Positions 46,276 to 55,615 of a stretch of 64,000 nucleotides of DNA are shown piece after piece. Location of the stretch: contig SBAW01000011.1 of NCBI GenBank assembly GCA_005239955.1, positions 6,924 to 70,923 of the forward strand, in the 5' to 3' direction. The first letter of the stretch is position 1, and each line of letters begins with the position of its first letter. Source of the DNA: a bacterium (GTDB lineage Bacteria; Patescibacteriota; Minisyncoccia; Phycocordibacterales; SBAW01). A program made the position numbers and the translations under genes. Under the pieces are notes generated by a model. That model had not been told where the DNA came from, ran no database searches, and worked only from the letters and a program-made list of their open reading frames with translations.

Positions 46276-47046
46276 ATGAGTATTCTCACGAAGAAAGAAG
46301 ATATTGCTGCCTTGCGTGAGGCGGGTCGGCGACTCGCACGCATTCTTGATGTGCTTGCGGGAGAAGTGAAACCGGGAGTGCGTGCCGTAGATCTTGATCG
46401 CAAAGCGCAGGCGCTTATTGAAGCAGGAGGCGATACGCCCGCCTTTTTAGGCTACACACCCTGGGGCGCAAAGCGCCCGTACCCGGCAACCCTCTGCGTT
46501 TCGATAAACGATGAAGTAGTGCATGGTATTCCCAACGAATCGGAAAAAATTCTCAAAGAGGGTGACATTGTTGCCCTCGACGTCGGTCTCGTCCATAAAG
46601 GCCTTTACGCAGATATGGCCACCTCGGTAGCGGTTGGGCATGTTGATGCGAAGAGTAAGAAGCTTATACAAGCGACAAAAGAAGCGCTTGATAAAGGCAT
46701 TGCCGCAGCAGGTCCGGGTGCCTACCTCGGCGATATTGGGGCGGCAATTGAGGCGGTCGCCAAGTCGTATGGTTTTCGTGTTGTTGAAGAGCTTGGCGGG
46801 CATGGCATTGGCAAAGTGCTTCACGATGAGCCGCATGTCCCCAATTACGGAGTGAAGGGAGAGGGAGTTGAGCTTGTGCCGGGTATGGCGCTTGCGCTTG
46901 AGCCGATTTTTAACGCGGGGAAGAAAGACGTGAAACTCATGCGCGATGGCTACACCTATAAAACAGTAGACGGTTCGCGTAGTGCCCATGTCGAGCATAC
47001 GATCCTCATAACTCCAAACGGTTCGGAAGTCGTCACAAAAATCTGA
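46276..47046 (+). CDS. map: Methionine aminopeptidase type I
   Basis: CVSINDEVVHGIP, GHGIG, ALEP, SAHVEHT. Confidence 0.96.
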   Translation: MSILTKKEDIAALREAGRRLARILDVLAGEVKPGVRAVDLDRKAQALIEAGGDTPAFLGYTPWGAKRPYPATLCVSINDEVVHGIPNESEKILKEGDIVALDVGLVHKGLYADMATSVAVGHVDAKSKKLIQATKEALDKGIAAAGPGAYLGDIGAAIEAVAKSYGFRVVEELGGHGIGKVLHDEPHVPNYGVKGEGVELVPGMALALEPIFNAGKKDVKLMRDGYTYKTVDGSRSAHVEHTILITPNGSEVVTKI

Positions 47047-47060
47047 GATATAATTAGAGA

Positions 47061-49829
47061 ATGGAAAAACGGGAGCGACTTCTCCCCACATCTCCTGAAG
47101 CGCGTGCGGAGCTTGAGGCTCTTCGCGCTGAAGTAAAACGGCGCGAAGAGGCGCTCCGTCTTGAGGGTGAACGGGAACCACGCTCTCAAGCAGTAAAAGA
47201 GACCGTTGCGGCTGTACGCGAACCTATCGCAAAGGATATCCCCGCGCCGGAGGGTATTGTGCTCAAACTCTCTCCGGAGGTACATGATACCCGCATGGGA
47301 GAACTTATCGGAGTGCTCCAGGAAAAGGGTATCAAAAAAGCATTCGAGGAAGTACTCTCAACCCGAAATCCGCATCTTATCGACGACTTCCATCGCGTCC
47401 TCGTAGAGTATCTCCACGAAGGGCACCCATCAGATATCGCGCCGCGAAGTAGGGCGGGCCGGGAACTCGCCATGGTCCTCTACGAAGTGTCGCTTCCTGA
47501 AGTTGCGAAGAAAGAAGAGCAGGAGAAAAAGCCCCTCAAAGAGCTCGTCTCCTCTATGGAGCAGTTTTATCAAGGCATGATTGCGGTTGGGGGAGGAGGG
47601 GGCTCGCACCACTTTTCCATTGAACTTGCGGTCCCCAACAGCGGCGAGCGCCTCTCCTTTTACGTCGCCGTTCCTCGGGAGAAAGTAGAGCTCTTTGAAA
47701 AGCAGATTGTATCCATTTTCCCGCACGCAAAAATTCGCGTCCATCAAGACGATTACAACATTTTCAATGAAGAGGGAAGTACGGTTGGCGCTGAAGCAAC
47801 GTACGGGAAGCGCATGATTTTTTCACTCAAAGGCTACGACGAGTTTGATTACGATCCCCTCAACGCCATTCTCTCCTCGTTTGCCAAACTCGCGAAGGTA
47901 GGTGAAGGGGCTGCCATACAACTCGTCGTAAGCCCGCGGCGCGGCGACTGGTATTTACGCAAATTCCAGCACGCGCTCCACCGCATCCATCGGGGAGTTA
48001 TCTTCCAGCGTGCAACCGATGTTCGGACCTCTTTCCTCGGGCAATTGTGGGTTGGTTTTAAGGATTTCTTCTTTAACGATAAACGCAAACGCCACAGCCA
48101 GTATGAGGAGGGCATGGATCAGGCTGATAAAAAGAAAGCGGAGAACATTGAGAAAAAAACCAGTAGCCCCATCGTTCTCGCAAACCTCCGCATTCTTGTC
48201 TCAACGTCCTCAGTTGGCCGCAGCCGCGCCGTCCTTGCCGATCTTGCCGCAAGCTTCAACCAATTTGAGGACACTTTTGGCAACAAGCTCTATTTCAACG
48301 AGTACTCGGGCGGGAGGCTGCGAAAACTTGCGCAAGATTTTATCTTTCGGCGGTTCACGAGGGGTTCTGCGCTTCCGCTTTCAACCAAAGAAGCGACGAC
48401 CATGATCCACTTCCCGCCGATTGGCATTGAAACTGCGCCTGAGCTCAAACAAGCAAAAGCGGGAGTCGCAGCAGCTCCTGTTGAGATTCCTCAAGAAGGG
48501 GTGCATCTTGGCGTCAATAAGTTTCGCGCAAAAGACACGCAAATTTATCTCACACCCCCCGATCGCCTGCGGCATTTTTATGTTATTGGTCAAACCGGTA
48601 CCGGCAAATCGACACTTCTTAAAAATATGGTTATTCAAGATATCGAGGCAGGGAAGGGGGTGTGCATGATTGATCCTCACGGCACCGATATTGTGGAAGT
48701 GCTCTCGCGCGTCCCCAAAGAGCGCTACGAGGATGTTATTTACTTTGATCCAGCGGCAACGGAGCGTCCCATGGGACTTAACATGCTCGAGTACGACACG
48801 CGCTTCCCTGACCTCAAGACGTTTGTGGTGAACGAAATGTTCGGCATCTTTAAGAAGCTCTACAAAGATGTGCCCGAGAGCATGGGTCCCCTCTTTGAGC
48901 AGTATTTCCGGAACGCTACGATGCTCGTCATTGAAGATCCCGAAACAGGCTCAACCCTTCTTGATATTTCTCGCGTCATGGCAGACGCGGATTTCCGTGC
49001 GCTGAAACTTTCCCGCTGCAAAAATCCCATTGTCATTCAGTTTTGGCGCGACATTGCTGAAAAAACGGGCGGCGAACACGCGCTTCAGAATATGGTGCCG
49101 TGGATCACCTCAAAGTTTGATGTGTTCCTCAGTAACGACATCATGCGCCCGATTGTGGTTCAAGAAAAATCAGCCTTCAACTTCCGCGAGATTATGGATG
49201 ACAAGAAAATCCTCTTAGTAAATCTTGCCAAAGGACGCCTCGGTGATATTAATGCCAACCTCCTTGGTCTCATTATTGTGGGGAAGATCCTTATGGCGGC
49301 GCTGTCGCGCGTTGATTCCTTTGGGAAAGAGTTGCCGCCGTTTTATCTCTACATCGACGAGTTCCAGAACTTTACGACTGATTCCATTGCTACCATTTTC
49401 TCTGAAGCCAGAAAGTACGGCCTCTCGCTTACCGTGGCGCATCAGTTTATCGCGCAGCTTGAGGAAAAAATTCGCGATGCGGTATTTGGGAACGTGGGGT
49501 CGCTCTGTTCCTTTCGTGTTGGTCCCGAGGATGCCGAGTTTCTGGAAAAACAATTCGGACCGACCTTTACAAAAAACGACATTATGAATCTTGATAACCA
49601 CAACGCATATGTACGTCTCCTGGTTCGCGGCAGACCCGAGAAACCATTTAACTTCGAAACACTTCCTTTCTCGGTGGGGAACCTCGCGACTGTTGACAGC
49701 CTCAAAGAGTTGTCGTATCTTAAATACGGCCGAAGTCGGAGCGAAATCGAAGCTGAAATCTCTGCTCGATACGAAGATCGATCAGTGCTTGATGAGCTCG
49801 ACGAGACACCTGCCATGGGCATTCAGTAA
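47061..49829 (+). CDS. VirD4/TraG/HerA-like coupling ATPase
   Basis: RHFYVIGQTGTGKS (Walker A), IDPHG, LYIDEFQNF (Walker B), SEARKYGL..AHQ. Confidence 0.85.
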   Translation: MEKRERLLPTSPEARAELEALRAEVKRREEALRLEGEREPRSQAVKETVAAVREPIAKDIPAPEGIVLKLSPEVHDTRMGELIGVLQEKGIKKAFEEVLSTRNPHLIDDFHRVLVEYLHEGHPSDIAPRSRAGRELAMVLYEVSLPEVAKKEEQEKKPLKELVSSMEQFYQGMIAVGGGGGSHHFSIELAVPNSGERLSFYVAVPREKVELFEKQIVSIFPHAKIRVHQDDYNIFNEEGSTVGAEATYGKRMIFSLKGYDEFDYDPLNAILSSFAKLAKVGEGAAIQLVVSPRRGDWYLRKFQHALHRIHRGVIFQRATDVRTSFLGQLWVGFKDFFFNDKRKRHSQYEEGMDQADKKKAENIEKKTSSPIVLANLRILVSTSSVGRSRAVLADLAASFNQFEDTFGNKLYFNEYSGGRLRKLAQDFIFRRFTRGSALPLSTKEATTMIHFPPIGIETAPELKQAKAGVAAAPVEIPQEGVHLGVNKFRAKDTQIYLTPPDRLRHFYVIGQTGTGKSTLLKNMVIQDIEAGKGVCMIDPHGTDIVEVLSRVPKERYEDVIYFDPAATERPMGLNMLEYDTRFPDLKTFVVNEMFGIFKKLYKDVPESMGPLFEQYFRNATMLVIEDPETGSTLLDISRVMADADFRALKLSRCKNPIVIQFWRDIAEKTGGEHALQNMVPWITSKFDVFLSNDIMRPIVVQEKSAFNFREIMDDKKILLVNLAKGRLGDINANLLGLIIVGKILMAALSRVDSFGKELPPFYLYIDEFQNFTTDSIATIFSEARKYGLSLTVAHQFIAQLEEKIRDAVFGNVGSLCSFRVGPEDAEFLEKQFGPTFTKNDIMNLDNHNAYVRLLVRGRPEKPFNFETLPFSVGNLATVDSLKELSYLKYGRSRSEIEAEISARYEDRSVLDELDETPAMGIQ

Positions 49830-49837
49830 ATCCGCTC

Positions 49838-49929
49838 GGCAATTTCCCTCAAAAGCACACATATTTCGTTGCTACGAAATTGCTCCGCTCGCGCCGTCGC
49901 GCTCCGCGAGGCTTTTTAGTGAAACAGCC
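49838..49929. repeat. Degenerate REPIN-like palindromic element
   Basis: GGCAATTTCCCTCAAAAGC...GCTTTTTAGTGAAACAGCC imperfect IR around an ATTTCGT/ACGAAAT hairpin. Confidence 0.5.
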
Positions 49930-50000
49930 TCACTCTGGTGTGAAGACAAGAGATGCCTGATAAACTAAGCTAATTAACCTCTCCACTGTTTGAAACGAAT

Positions 50001-50594
50001 ATGCCCAAAATACATAATCCGAAAGAAGAAAAAACGTTTTTGATCATTAAGCCTGATGGCGTTCGTAAAGGACTCATTGGCGAAGTTATTAAACGACTTG
50101 AACAGCGCGACCTCAAAGTAGTCGCGCTTGAGATGTTTCATCCCAACCGCGCGGAGATGGACAATCACTATCCGAAAGACGAGAAATGGATTCGTCGCCT
50201 CGGAGAAAAGACCATGGCGACCTACGTGAAGTACGGTTATGACATTAAGAAAGATTTTGGTACGAGCGATCTTCTGCGTGTCGGGAAAACCGTTCGCGGG
50301 TGGCTTGTGGAGTTCATGATTTCGGCCCCGATGGTGAAGATGGTTGTCCAGGGCGTTCACGCAGTCGATATTGTGCGAAAAATTGTCGGTAAAACCATGC
50401 CATATGAAGCGGAAATGGGCACGATTCGTGGGGATTTCTCGGCCGATTCTCCGGCGCTCGCGAATACCGAGCGACGTGCCGTCTTTAACCTTGTTCATGC
50501 ATCAGAAACGCCGGAAGAGGCCAAGTACGAAATTAAACACTGGTTCCCCGGGCAGAAAATCTTTTCCTATAAACGCTTCGGGGTTGACGAATAA
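50001..50594 (+). CDS. ndk: Nucleoside diphosphate kinase
   Basis: EKTFLIIKPDGV, GTIRGDF, NLVHASE. Confidence 0.95.
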   Translation: MPKIHNPKEEKTFLIIKPDGVRKGLIGEVIKRLEQRDLKVVALEMFHPNRAEMDNHYPKDEKWIRRLGEKTMATYVKYGYDIKKDFGTSDLLRVGKTVRGWLVEFMISAPMVKMVVQGVHAVDIVRKIVGKTMPYEAEMGTIRGDFSADSPALANTERRAVFNLVHASETPEEAKYEIKHWFPGQKIFSYKRFGVDE

Positions 50595-50745
50595 AAAGAT
50601 TCACTCTTGGGGCATGGGGTTTCAATGAAGCCAGGAAGCTTACCGTAGAAGCCTTTTCTCTCGGAGCCTATTGACGCGAGTGTCGCTTTTGTTTCTCATT
50701 TGCAAATAACGCTACTCAACTACGCACCTCTTGCTATACTTTTTG

Positions 50746-50877
50746 TAGGGTTACGTGGGGTTAAGTCTACTTTAACCCTTAGTCAGGGAGCTCTATATTT
50801 GGCAGTTGCTGACACTGGCGATTGCCGTGCGGGCACCCACCTGGTAATAATCGGGGACTAACTTCAGGTAACCCACC
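50746..50877 (+). ncRNA. ssrS: 6S RNA (compact)
   Basis: GGGAGC (50786) and GGGCACCCACCTG (50831) as in Bacillus-type 6S; closing stem GGGTTAC/GTAACCC; TTAGTC/GACTAA; TATACT upstream; terminator 50880-50910. Confidence 0.7.
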
Positions 50878-51075
50878 ACAAGAACTTCTGGCTAGCGCCA
50901 GGAGTTTTTGTTTCTCCGGTCACTGATTTTGGCGTTTGATATTCTGCGGCGCCATCAATGTTCATGAGGGTCGAGTACTGCGTATAACTCCTTTATACAT
51001 CTGAACACGAACAGGCCATTTGCGCCGTTACGGCAAAATCCTGTGCACGGGATTTTTCTGATACACTCAATTCGC

Positions 51076-51474
51076 ATGCTGCGAACACCGTACTTCAAAC
51101 TATTCTTTTCGGCTATGGTTCTCTGGGGCGTTCTCAATCAGTTTGCTATTGAACTGCATTGGTACTGGACATTCTGGTGGTTCGATATCCTCATGCATGC
51201 CATGGGTGGGTTTATTGTGGCACTCGGCGGCCTCATCTTTTTTATTTCCTCTCCTCTTGTTGACCGACTGCTCCTGCGCCGCTCGCCACTTTTTGCTGCG
51301 GTCATCGGTTCTGGAGGCATGGGGCTCCTGTGGGAAGCGTACGAAGCGATGGTCGGCATTATTGATCTTCCGGAATATCTCCCCGACAGTGTTTTTGATG
51401 TCAGCGCAGGACTTGCCGGTGGTCTTGTTGCCTATCTCCTCATTGTTCACCACCGTCGCGCCGTATCGCCATGA
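51076..51474 (+). CDS. Membrane protein (DUF2238/VanZ-like)
   Basis: WWFDILMHAMGG, LLWEAYE, DSVFDV. Confidence 0.75.
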   Translation: MLRTPYFKLFFSAMVLWGVLNQFAIELHWYWTFWWFDILMHAMGGFIVALGGLIFFISSPLVDRLLLRRSPLFAAVIGSGGMGLLWEAYEAMVGIIDLPEYLPDSVFDVSAGLAGGLVAYLLIVHHRRAVSP

Positions 51475-52817
51475 AACTTACTTTCGTAAGTGGCGCAGGA
51501 ACCGTTACGGGGGCTAATTTTCTTCTTGAAGATGGAGCGGAAAAGTACCTCGTTGATTGCGGACTACTGCAGGGGTGTGCGTACTGCGAACCGCATAACT
51601 ACGATCCCTTCCCCTATGATCCTGCATCCATTACCGCCCTCTTTGTCACCCATGCACATGTCGATCATATTGGCAGGATTCCCAAGCTCGTGCGGGATGG
51701 TTTCCGCGGTACCATTTACTCAACTGCGGCAACGCGCGACCTCGCCACGCTTATGCTTGCCGATACACTCGACATTCTCGGAATGGAGGCACGCCAGTCT
51801 CATCGCCCACCGCTCTTTCATCGGACGGATATTGATATGGCTCTCTCGCTCTGGAAAGAAATAGAATATGACAAGCTCATTGCACTTCATAACAATCTTT
51901 TGGCGACATTTCTCGACGCGGGACATATTCTCGGCTCCGCCATGGTCCGTATAGCGCGCGGGAAGCGCTCAATCCTTTTTTCTGGCGATATCGGGAACCA
52001 CCATGCGGCACTCCTCCCTGAAGCCGACGTTGTCTCTGATGCAACCTATCTGGTGATGGAAAGTGTGTATGGCAATCGCTCACACGACACGAGCGCTTCA
52101 CGAACCGAGCGGCTTTTGCGTGCAGTAAAGGGCGGGATTTCGCGCGGGGGCACCATTCTTATCCCTGCATTTTCTATGGAGCGTACCCAAGATATCCTCT
52201 TTGATCTCCGCACGCTCATTGAATCGAAAAATCTTCCGCCCATTCCGGTATACGTCGATTCACCGCTTGCAGCCGCCGTAACGGAAGTCTTCGAGCATCA
52301 TCGGACCCTGCTGCGACCCGACATTGCCTCCCGAAAAGGGCCTCTTTTTTCGTTTCCTGGCCTCACCATAGTAGGGGATAACGATAAATCGCACGCGATC
52401 CGTACACGCGGAAATCCCAAAATAATTCTCGCCGGGTCAGGGATGTCTCAGGGTGGGCGGGTGCTTTCTCATGAAGCAGCACTTCTGCCACACCAGGAGA
52501 ATTCACTCGTACTGGTTGGGTACCAGGCCGCCGGAAGTCTCGGGCGAACCCTTGAAGAGGGAGCAAAACGAGTCTCTATTTTGGGGAGGGATGTTCGGGT
52601 AAAAGCTCATGTCGAGCGTATTACCGGCTATTCCGGCCATCGCGATCAACACGGCCTCGTTGAATTTGTTGAACCTCTCACAAAAAGCCTTGAGCGGGTA
52701 TTTGTGGTCATGGGAGAGCCGGGAGCGTCACTCCATCTCGCGCAACGACTCCATGATTACCTCGGCATGAATGTCCATGTCCCCGAAAAAGGGGGAAGCG
52801 TTGATATCGATCTCTAG
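51471..52817 (+). CDS. MBL-fold beta-CASP ribonuclease
   Basis: VDCG, THAHVDHIG, AGHILGS, MESVYG, PAFSMERTQ, YSGHRD. Confidence 0.9.
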   Translation: MKLTFVSGAGTVTGANFLLEDGAEKYLVDCGLLQGCAYCEPHNYDPFPYDPASITALFVTHAHVDHIGRIPKLVRDGFRGTIYSTAATRDLATLMLADTLDILGMEARQSHRPPLFHRTDIDMALSLWKEIEYDKLIALHNNLLATFLDAGHILGSAMVRIARGKRSILFSGDIGNHHAALLPEADVVSDATYLVMESVYGNRSHDTSASRTERLLRAVKGGISRGGTILIPAFSMERTQDILFDLRTLIESKNLPPIPVYVDSPLAAAVTEVFEHHRTLLRPDIASRKGPLFSFPGLTIVGDNDKSHAIRTRGNPKIILAGSGMSQGGRVLSHEAALLPHQENSLVLVGYQAAGSLGRTLEEGAKRVSILGRDVRVKAHVERITGYSGHRDQHGLVEFVEPLTKSLERVFVVMGEPGASLHLAQRLHDYLGMNVHVPEKGGSVDIDL

Positions 52818-52844
52818 TTTTGTGGTACGATTGTTGCCATTGGT

Positions 52845-53459
52845 ATGGCTGAAGGGAAAAGAGAACACCGAAAAATTAAACTGTGCGTTTCTGGTGCGGC
52901 GTCAACCGGCCACTGCGGCCTCAATGCGTATGAAAAAGGAAAGGAACTTGGGCGCGAAATTGTGCGCCAGGGCGGCATTCTCATTACCGGCGCCACGACC
53001 GGCTTCCCCCTGTGGTCCGCGATAGGCGCGAAGGAAGAGGGCGGCTTTAGCTTAGGTTTTTCACCGGCGGTTTCTGAGCGCGAGCATCTTGAAGTCTACA
53101 ATCTGCCACTCGATTACCTCGATGTGGTGGTCTATACCGGCTCGGGATTTGCCGGGCGTGACCTTCTCTTGGTGCGAAGCTCGGATGCCGTGCTGTTTGG
53201 CTGCGGCAGAATCGGGACACTCCATGAATTTTTGGTTTCCTACGTTGATAAAAAGCCGATCGGTATCCTTGAAGCGGAATGGGAGACTGACGAAGTTATC
53301 AAAACAATCGTGAAAAGCGGTCACTACGAAACGTCAAATATTATTTTTGATACCGACCCGAAAAAACTCGTCGAGCGTGTCACCGCGCTTGTGGAGGACA
53401 ATCGGAGGAAGGAGAAGCCGCTTGCGGCGCGACGCCTGCCCGGGCTTGTAGAAGCCTGA
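52845..53459 (+). CDS. LOG/SLOG-family Rossmann-fold protein
   Basis: LITGATTG, GRDLLLVRSSDA, GTLHEF. Confidence 0.8.
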   Translation: MAEGKREHRKIKLCVSGAASTGHCGLNAYEKGKELGREIVRQGGILITGATTGFPLWSAIGAKEEGGFSLGFSPAVSEREHLEVYNLPLDYLDVVVYTGSGFAGRDLLLVRSSDAVLFGCGRIGTLHEFLVSYVDKKPIGILEAEWETDEVIKTIVKSGHYETSNIIFDTDPKKLVERVTALVEDNRRKEKPLAARRLPGLVEA

Positions 53460-53477
53460 CGCGGAGCTTAATGGACC

Positions 53478-53517
53478 ACAAACGCCGCCCTTCGACTATG
53501 CTCAGGGCGGCGTTTGT
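53478..53517. terminator. Bidirectional terminator whose loop is a REP unit
   Basis: ACAAACGCCGCCCT-TCGACTATGCTC-AGGGCGGCGTTTGT; core matches the reverse complement of the 5481 unit with one mismatch. Confidence 0.7.
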
Positions 53518-53526
53518 GTTTTTTGG

Positions 53527-53871
53527 TTAACGAACAGCCGCGAGAACTGCCTTAAAAGATGAGGGTGAGACTTCGGCGAGTTCTGAAAGCATCTTTCGAT
53601 TGAGCGCAATCTTATGCTTTTTTAGTGCGCCAATGAATTTGCTGTAGTTCATGCCTTCCGTTCGAAGGGCGGCATTGAGACGGATGTTCCACAGTGTACG
53701 AAAATCATTCTTTTTGACGCGTCGATGGGCGAACGCGTATTTACCCGCATGGACGATAGCCTCCTTTGCCGCGCGTTCTTTCTTTGAACGGGCAAAGCGA
53801 TAGCCTTTTACCTGTCGCAGAACATTGCGACGACGTTTTTGTGATGTGACTCCTCCTTTGACGCGTGCCAT
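53527..53871 (-). CDS. rplT: 50S ribosomal protein L20
   Basis: MARVKGG, FRTLWNIRLNAA, LNRKMLSELA. Confidence 0.97.
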   Translation of the reverse strand: MARVKGGVTSQKRRRNVLRQVKGYRFARSKKERAAKEAIVHAGKYAFAHRRVKKNDFRTLWNIRLNAALRTEGMNYSKFIGALKKHKIALNRKMLSELAEVSPSSFKAVLAAVR

Positions 53872-53907
53872 AAAAGCTAGGTGTTAGGTAATAGGTAATG
53901 GGCAGAA

Positions 53908-54096
53908 CTAAAATTGACTAGGAAGAAAGCGGCGTTTCCGTTTGCCGGTCATGACAAGATGCACCGTCTTTTTCTTCCCCAGACGGTTGGTTTGTGAATC
54001 CTTGGCATTGAAATGGTTTTGGCCAGCCTTTCTGGCAATGATCTTGCCACGGCGGGTTACCTTGAGCCTTTTGGTGAATGATTTGTTTGTTTTCAT
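53908..54096 (-). CDS. rpmI: 50S ribosomal protein L35
   Basis: MKTNKSFTKRLKVT; position between infC and rplT. Confidence 0.9.
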   Translation of the reverse strand: MKTNKSFTKRLKVTRRGKIIARKAGQNHFNAKDSQTNRLGKKKTVHLVMTGKRKRRFLPSQF

Positions 54097-54100
54097 GGCT

Positions 54101-54616
54101 TTATTTCGCCGCTTTCTCGATGATGGTCATGTAGCCCTTGAGGCTCTTCTCGGCGGGTGTGGCAATCTTATATGGCGCAGGGATTATTTTCAAGAACCGC
54201 TCCAATCGCTCCTTAAGAAAAGCCGGCTCCATGTATTTGTAGCGACCCCACAAGAAAAGGTCGATTTTTACCCGGTGACCTTCCCCAAGCCACTCTGACG
54301 CCCGTTTTGCTTTAAGCGCGAGATCATGTTCTCCCGTCCCGATCTTAATCTGGACGCTCTTGGTCTCAGTTACATGCGCTTTGGCTTTGGCCGCCTTTGC
54401 TTTTTTGTTCTCCGCATACTGATATTTCCCAAAATCCATGATTTTGGCGATCGGAGGAACCGCTGTTGGCGAGATTTCAATGAGATCGAGACCTGCGTCC
54501 TCCGCTTTTTGGAGCGCGTCGGAGAGGGATATCACACCGAAATTGGCGCCGTCAGCGCCAATAACCCGGAGTTCCCGTGCTCGTATTTGGTGATTTACTC
54601 GTACTCTATCTGCCAA
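54101..54616 (-). CDS. infC: Translation initiation factor IF-3 (probable TTG start)
   Basis: VNHQIRARELRVI, LDLIEISP, PPIAKIMDFGKYQY. Confidence 0.95.
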   Translation of the reverse strand: MADRVRVNHQIRARELRVIGADGANFGVISLSDALQKAEDAGLDLIEISPTAVPPIAKIMDFGKYQYAENKKAKAAKAKAHVTETKSVQIKIGTGEHDLALKAKRASEWLGEGHRVKIDLFLWGRYKYMEPAFLKERLERFLKIIPAPYKIATPAEKSLKGYMTIIEKAAK

Positions 54617-54633
54617 CGCGCAAAAACTATAGC

Positions 54634-54673
54634 ACCCCGCCCCACATTTTGCCAGCAAAATGTGGGGCGGGGT
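54634..54673. repeat. 40-bp palindrome upstream of infC
   Basis: ACCCCGCCCCACATTTTGC-CA-GCAAAATGTGGGGCGGGGT. Confidence 0.8.
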
Positions 54674-54831
54674 TGACACCGTTTCACTTTTTTATCTTTA
54701 TGTTATCCCCATTGTCGAGAGTATCTTTTTATGCGACGGTTGCCTATAGGGGACCGTTCCTCCCGGTCCCGGACGTGCGTTGAACTTTTTATAACGTGCA
54801 TTAGAGGAACCTCAAACAAAAGGGGCAAGTC

Positions 54832-55296
54832 ATGAGGCACATGCTTCGACTACTACTGCTTGTCGCCGTGGCGGTCTGCGCGTCGATGGGCCCGACCCCG
54901 GCCAATGCCCACAAGGAGTGGAACTGGATCGCCGAGGGCGACTGGCGTAACGAGGTGGAAAACAAAGGCTGCTGTACGCCGGACAACTGCCACGCTGGCG
55001 AGATTCTCGGTTGGCGGTGCGTTACCGAGAATGATGCCCGGGTCTGCTTCGTCACGATGCAGATGAAGGAAGGGCCGTTCGCGGGGAAGGATCCGGTCAG
55101 GATCCGCGTCGACGAAAGCGGCTTCCATAGGTATTCGGAAGACCGCGACCGGGTCTGCCACCTCGATCAGGCCATGGACGCGACCAAGTACTTCAGCCAC
55201 TATGGCACCTGCGTGTTCCGGATTCCGCGCATCGGCGAGAAACCGGATTCGCCACCGAATGGCCGCCCGATGCAAACCAAGTGGCACCACAACTAG
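54832..55296 (+). CDS. Secreted cysteine-rich hypothetical protein
   Basis: Signal peptide LLLLVAVAVCASMGPTPANA|H; CCTPDNCH plus further Cys; GC-rich codons; SD AAGGGG. Confidence 0.7.
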   Translation: MRHMLRLLLLVAVAVCASMGPTPANAHKEWNWIAEGDWRNEVENKGCCTPDNCHAGEILGWRCVTENDARVCFVTMQMKEGPFAGKDPVRIRVDESGFHRYSEDRDRVCHLDQAMDATKYFSHYGTCVFRIPRIGEKPDSPPNGRPMQTKWHHN

Positions 55297-55439
55297 GCGT
55301 CAACGAGGAAGTGCCATGACCACTATTGGACACCGACCGGGCCCGCTCCGCGATCAACTTGATCGCATCGACAAAGGAGCGGGCCCGTATCGTTTTTTTA
55401 AATAACAAAAGAACTCCGCGAGCGGAGTTCTTTTGTTTC

Positions 55440-55461
55440 TGGTGGAGATGGGCGGAATCGA
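55440..55461 (-). repeat. 22-bp duplicate of the tmRNA 3' end (att-like)
   Basis: TGGTGGAGATGGGCGGAATCGA identical to 55616-55637. Confidence 0.85.
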
Positions 55462-55615
55462 CATACCAAGTCGCTAATTCACTCCGCTCATAAGCGCTTG
55501 CCGGCCCGCCTCGCGGTCGCGGTGCGACCTCGCTGCGGCCGTTCGATTCCAACGAATGCGTCGCATTCTCCCATCGACAAATGAAAAAGCCCCCAGAAGG
55601 GAGCTTTTTCATTTG

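Noticed and set aside
50640-50699. 19-aa basic minus-strand ORF MRNKSDTRVNRLREKRLLR
   Set aside because: Too short, with no convincing initiation signal or recognisable homology.
54617-54679. N-terminal extensions in the ORF track for infC, and likewise tpiA, recJ, rpsS, rpsC, rplB, rpmB and ppa
   Set aside because: They come from upstream alternative starts running through palindromes or neighbouring genes; conserved N-termini begin later.
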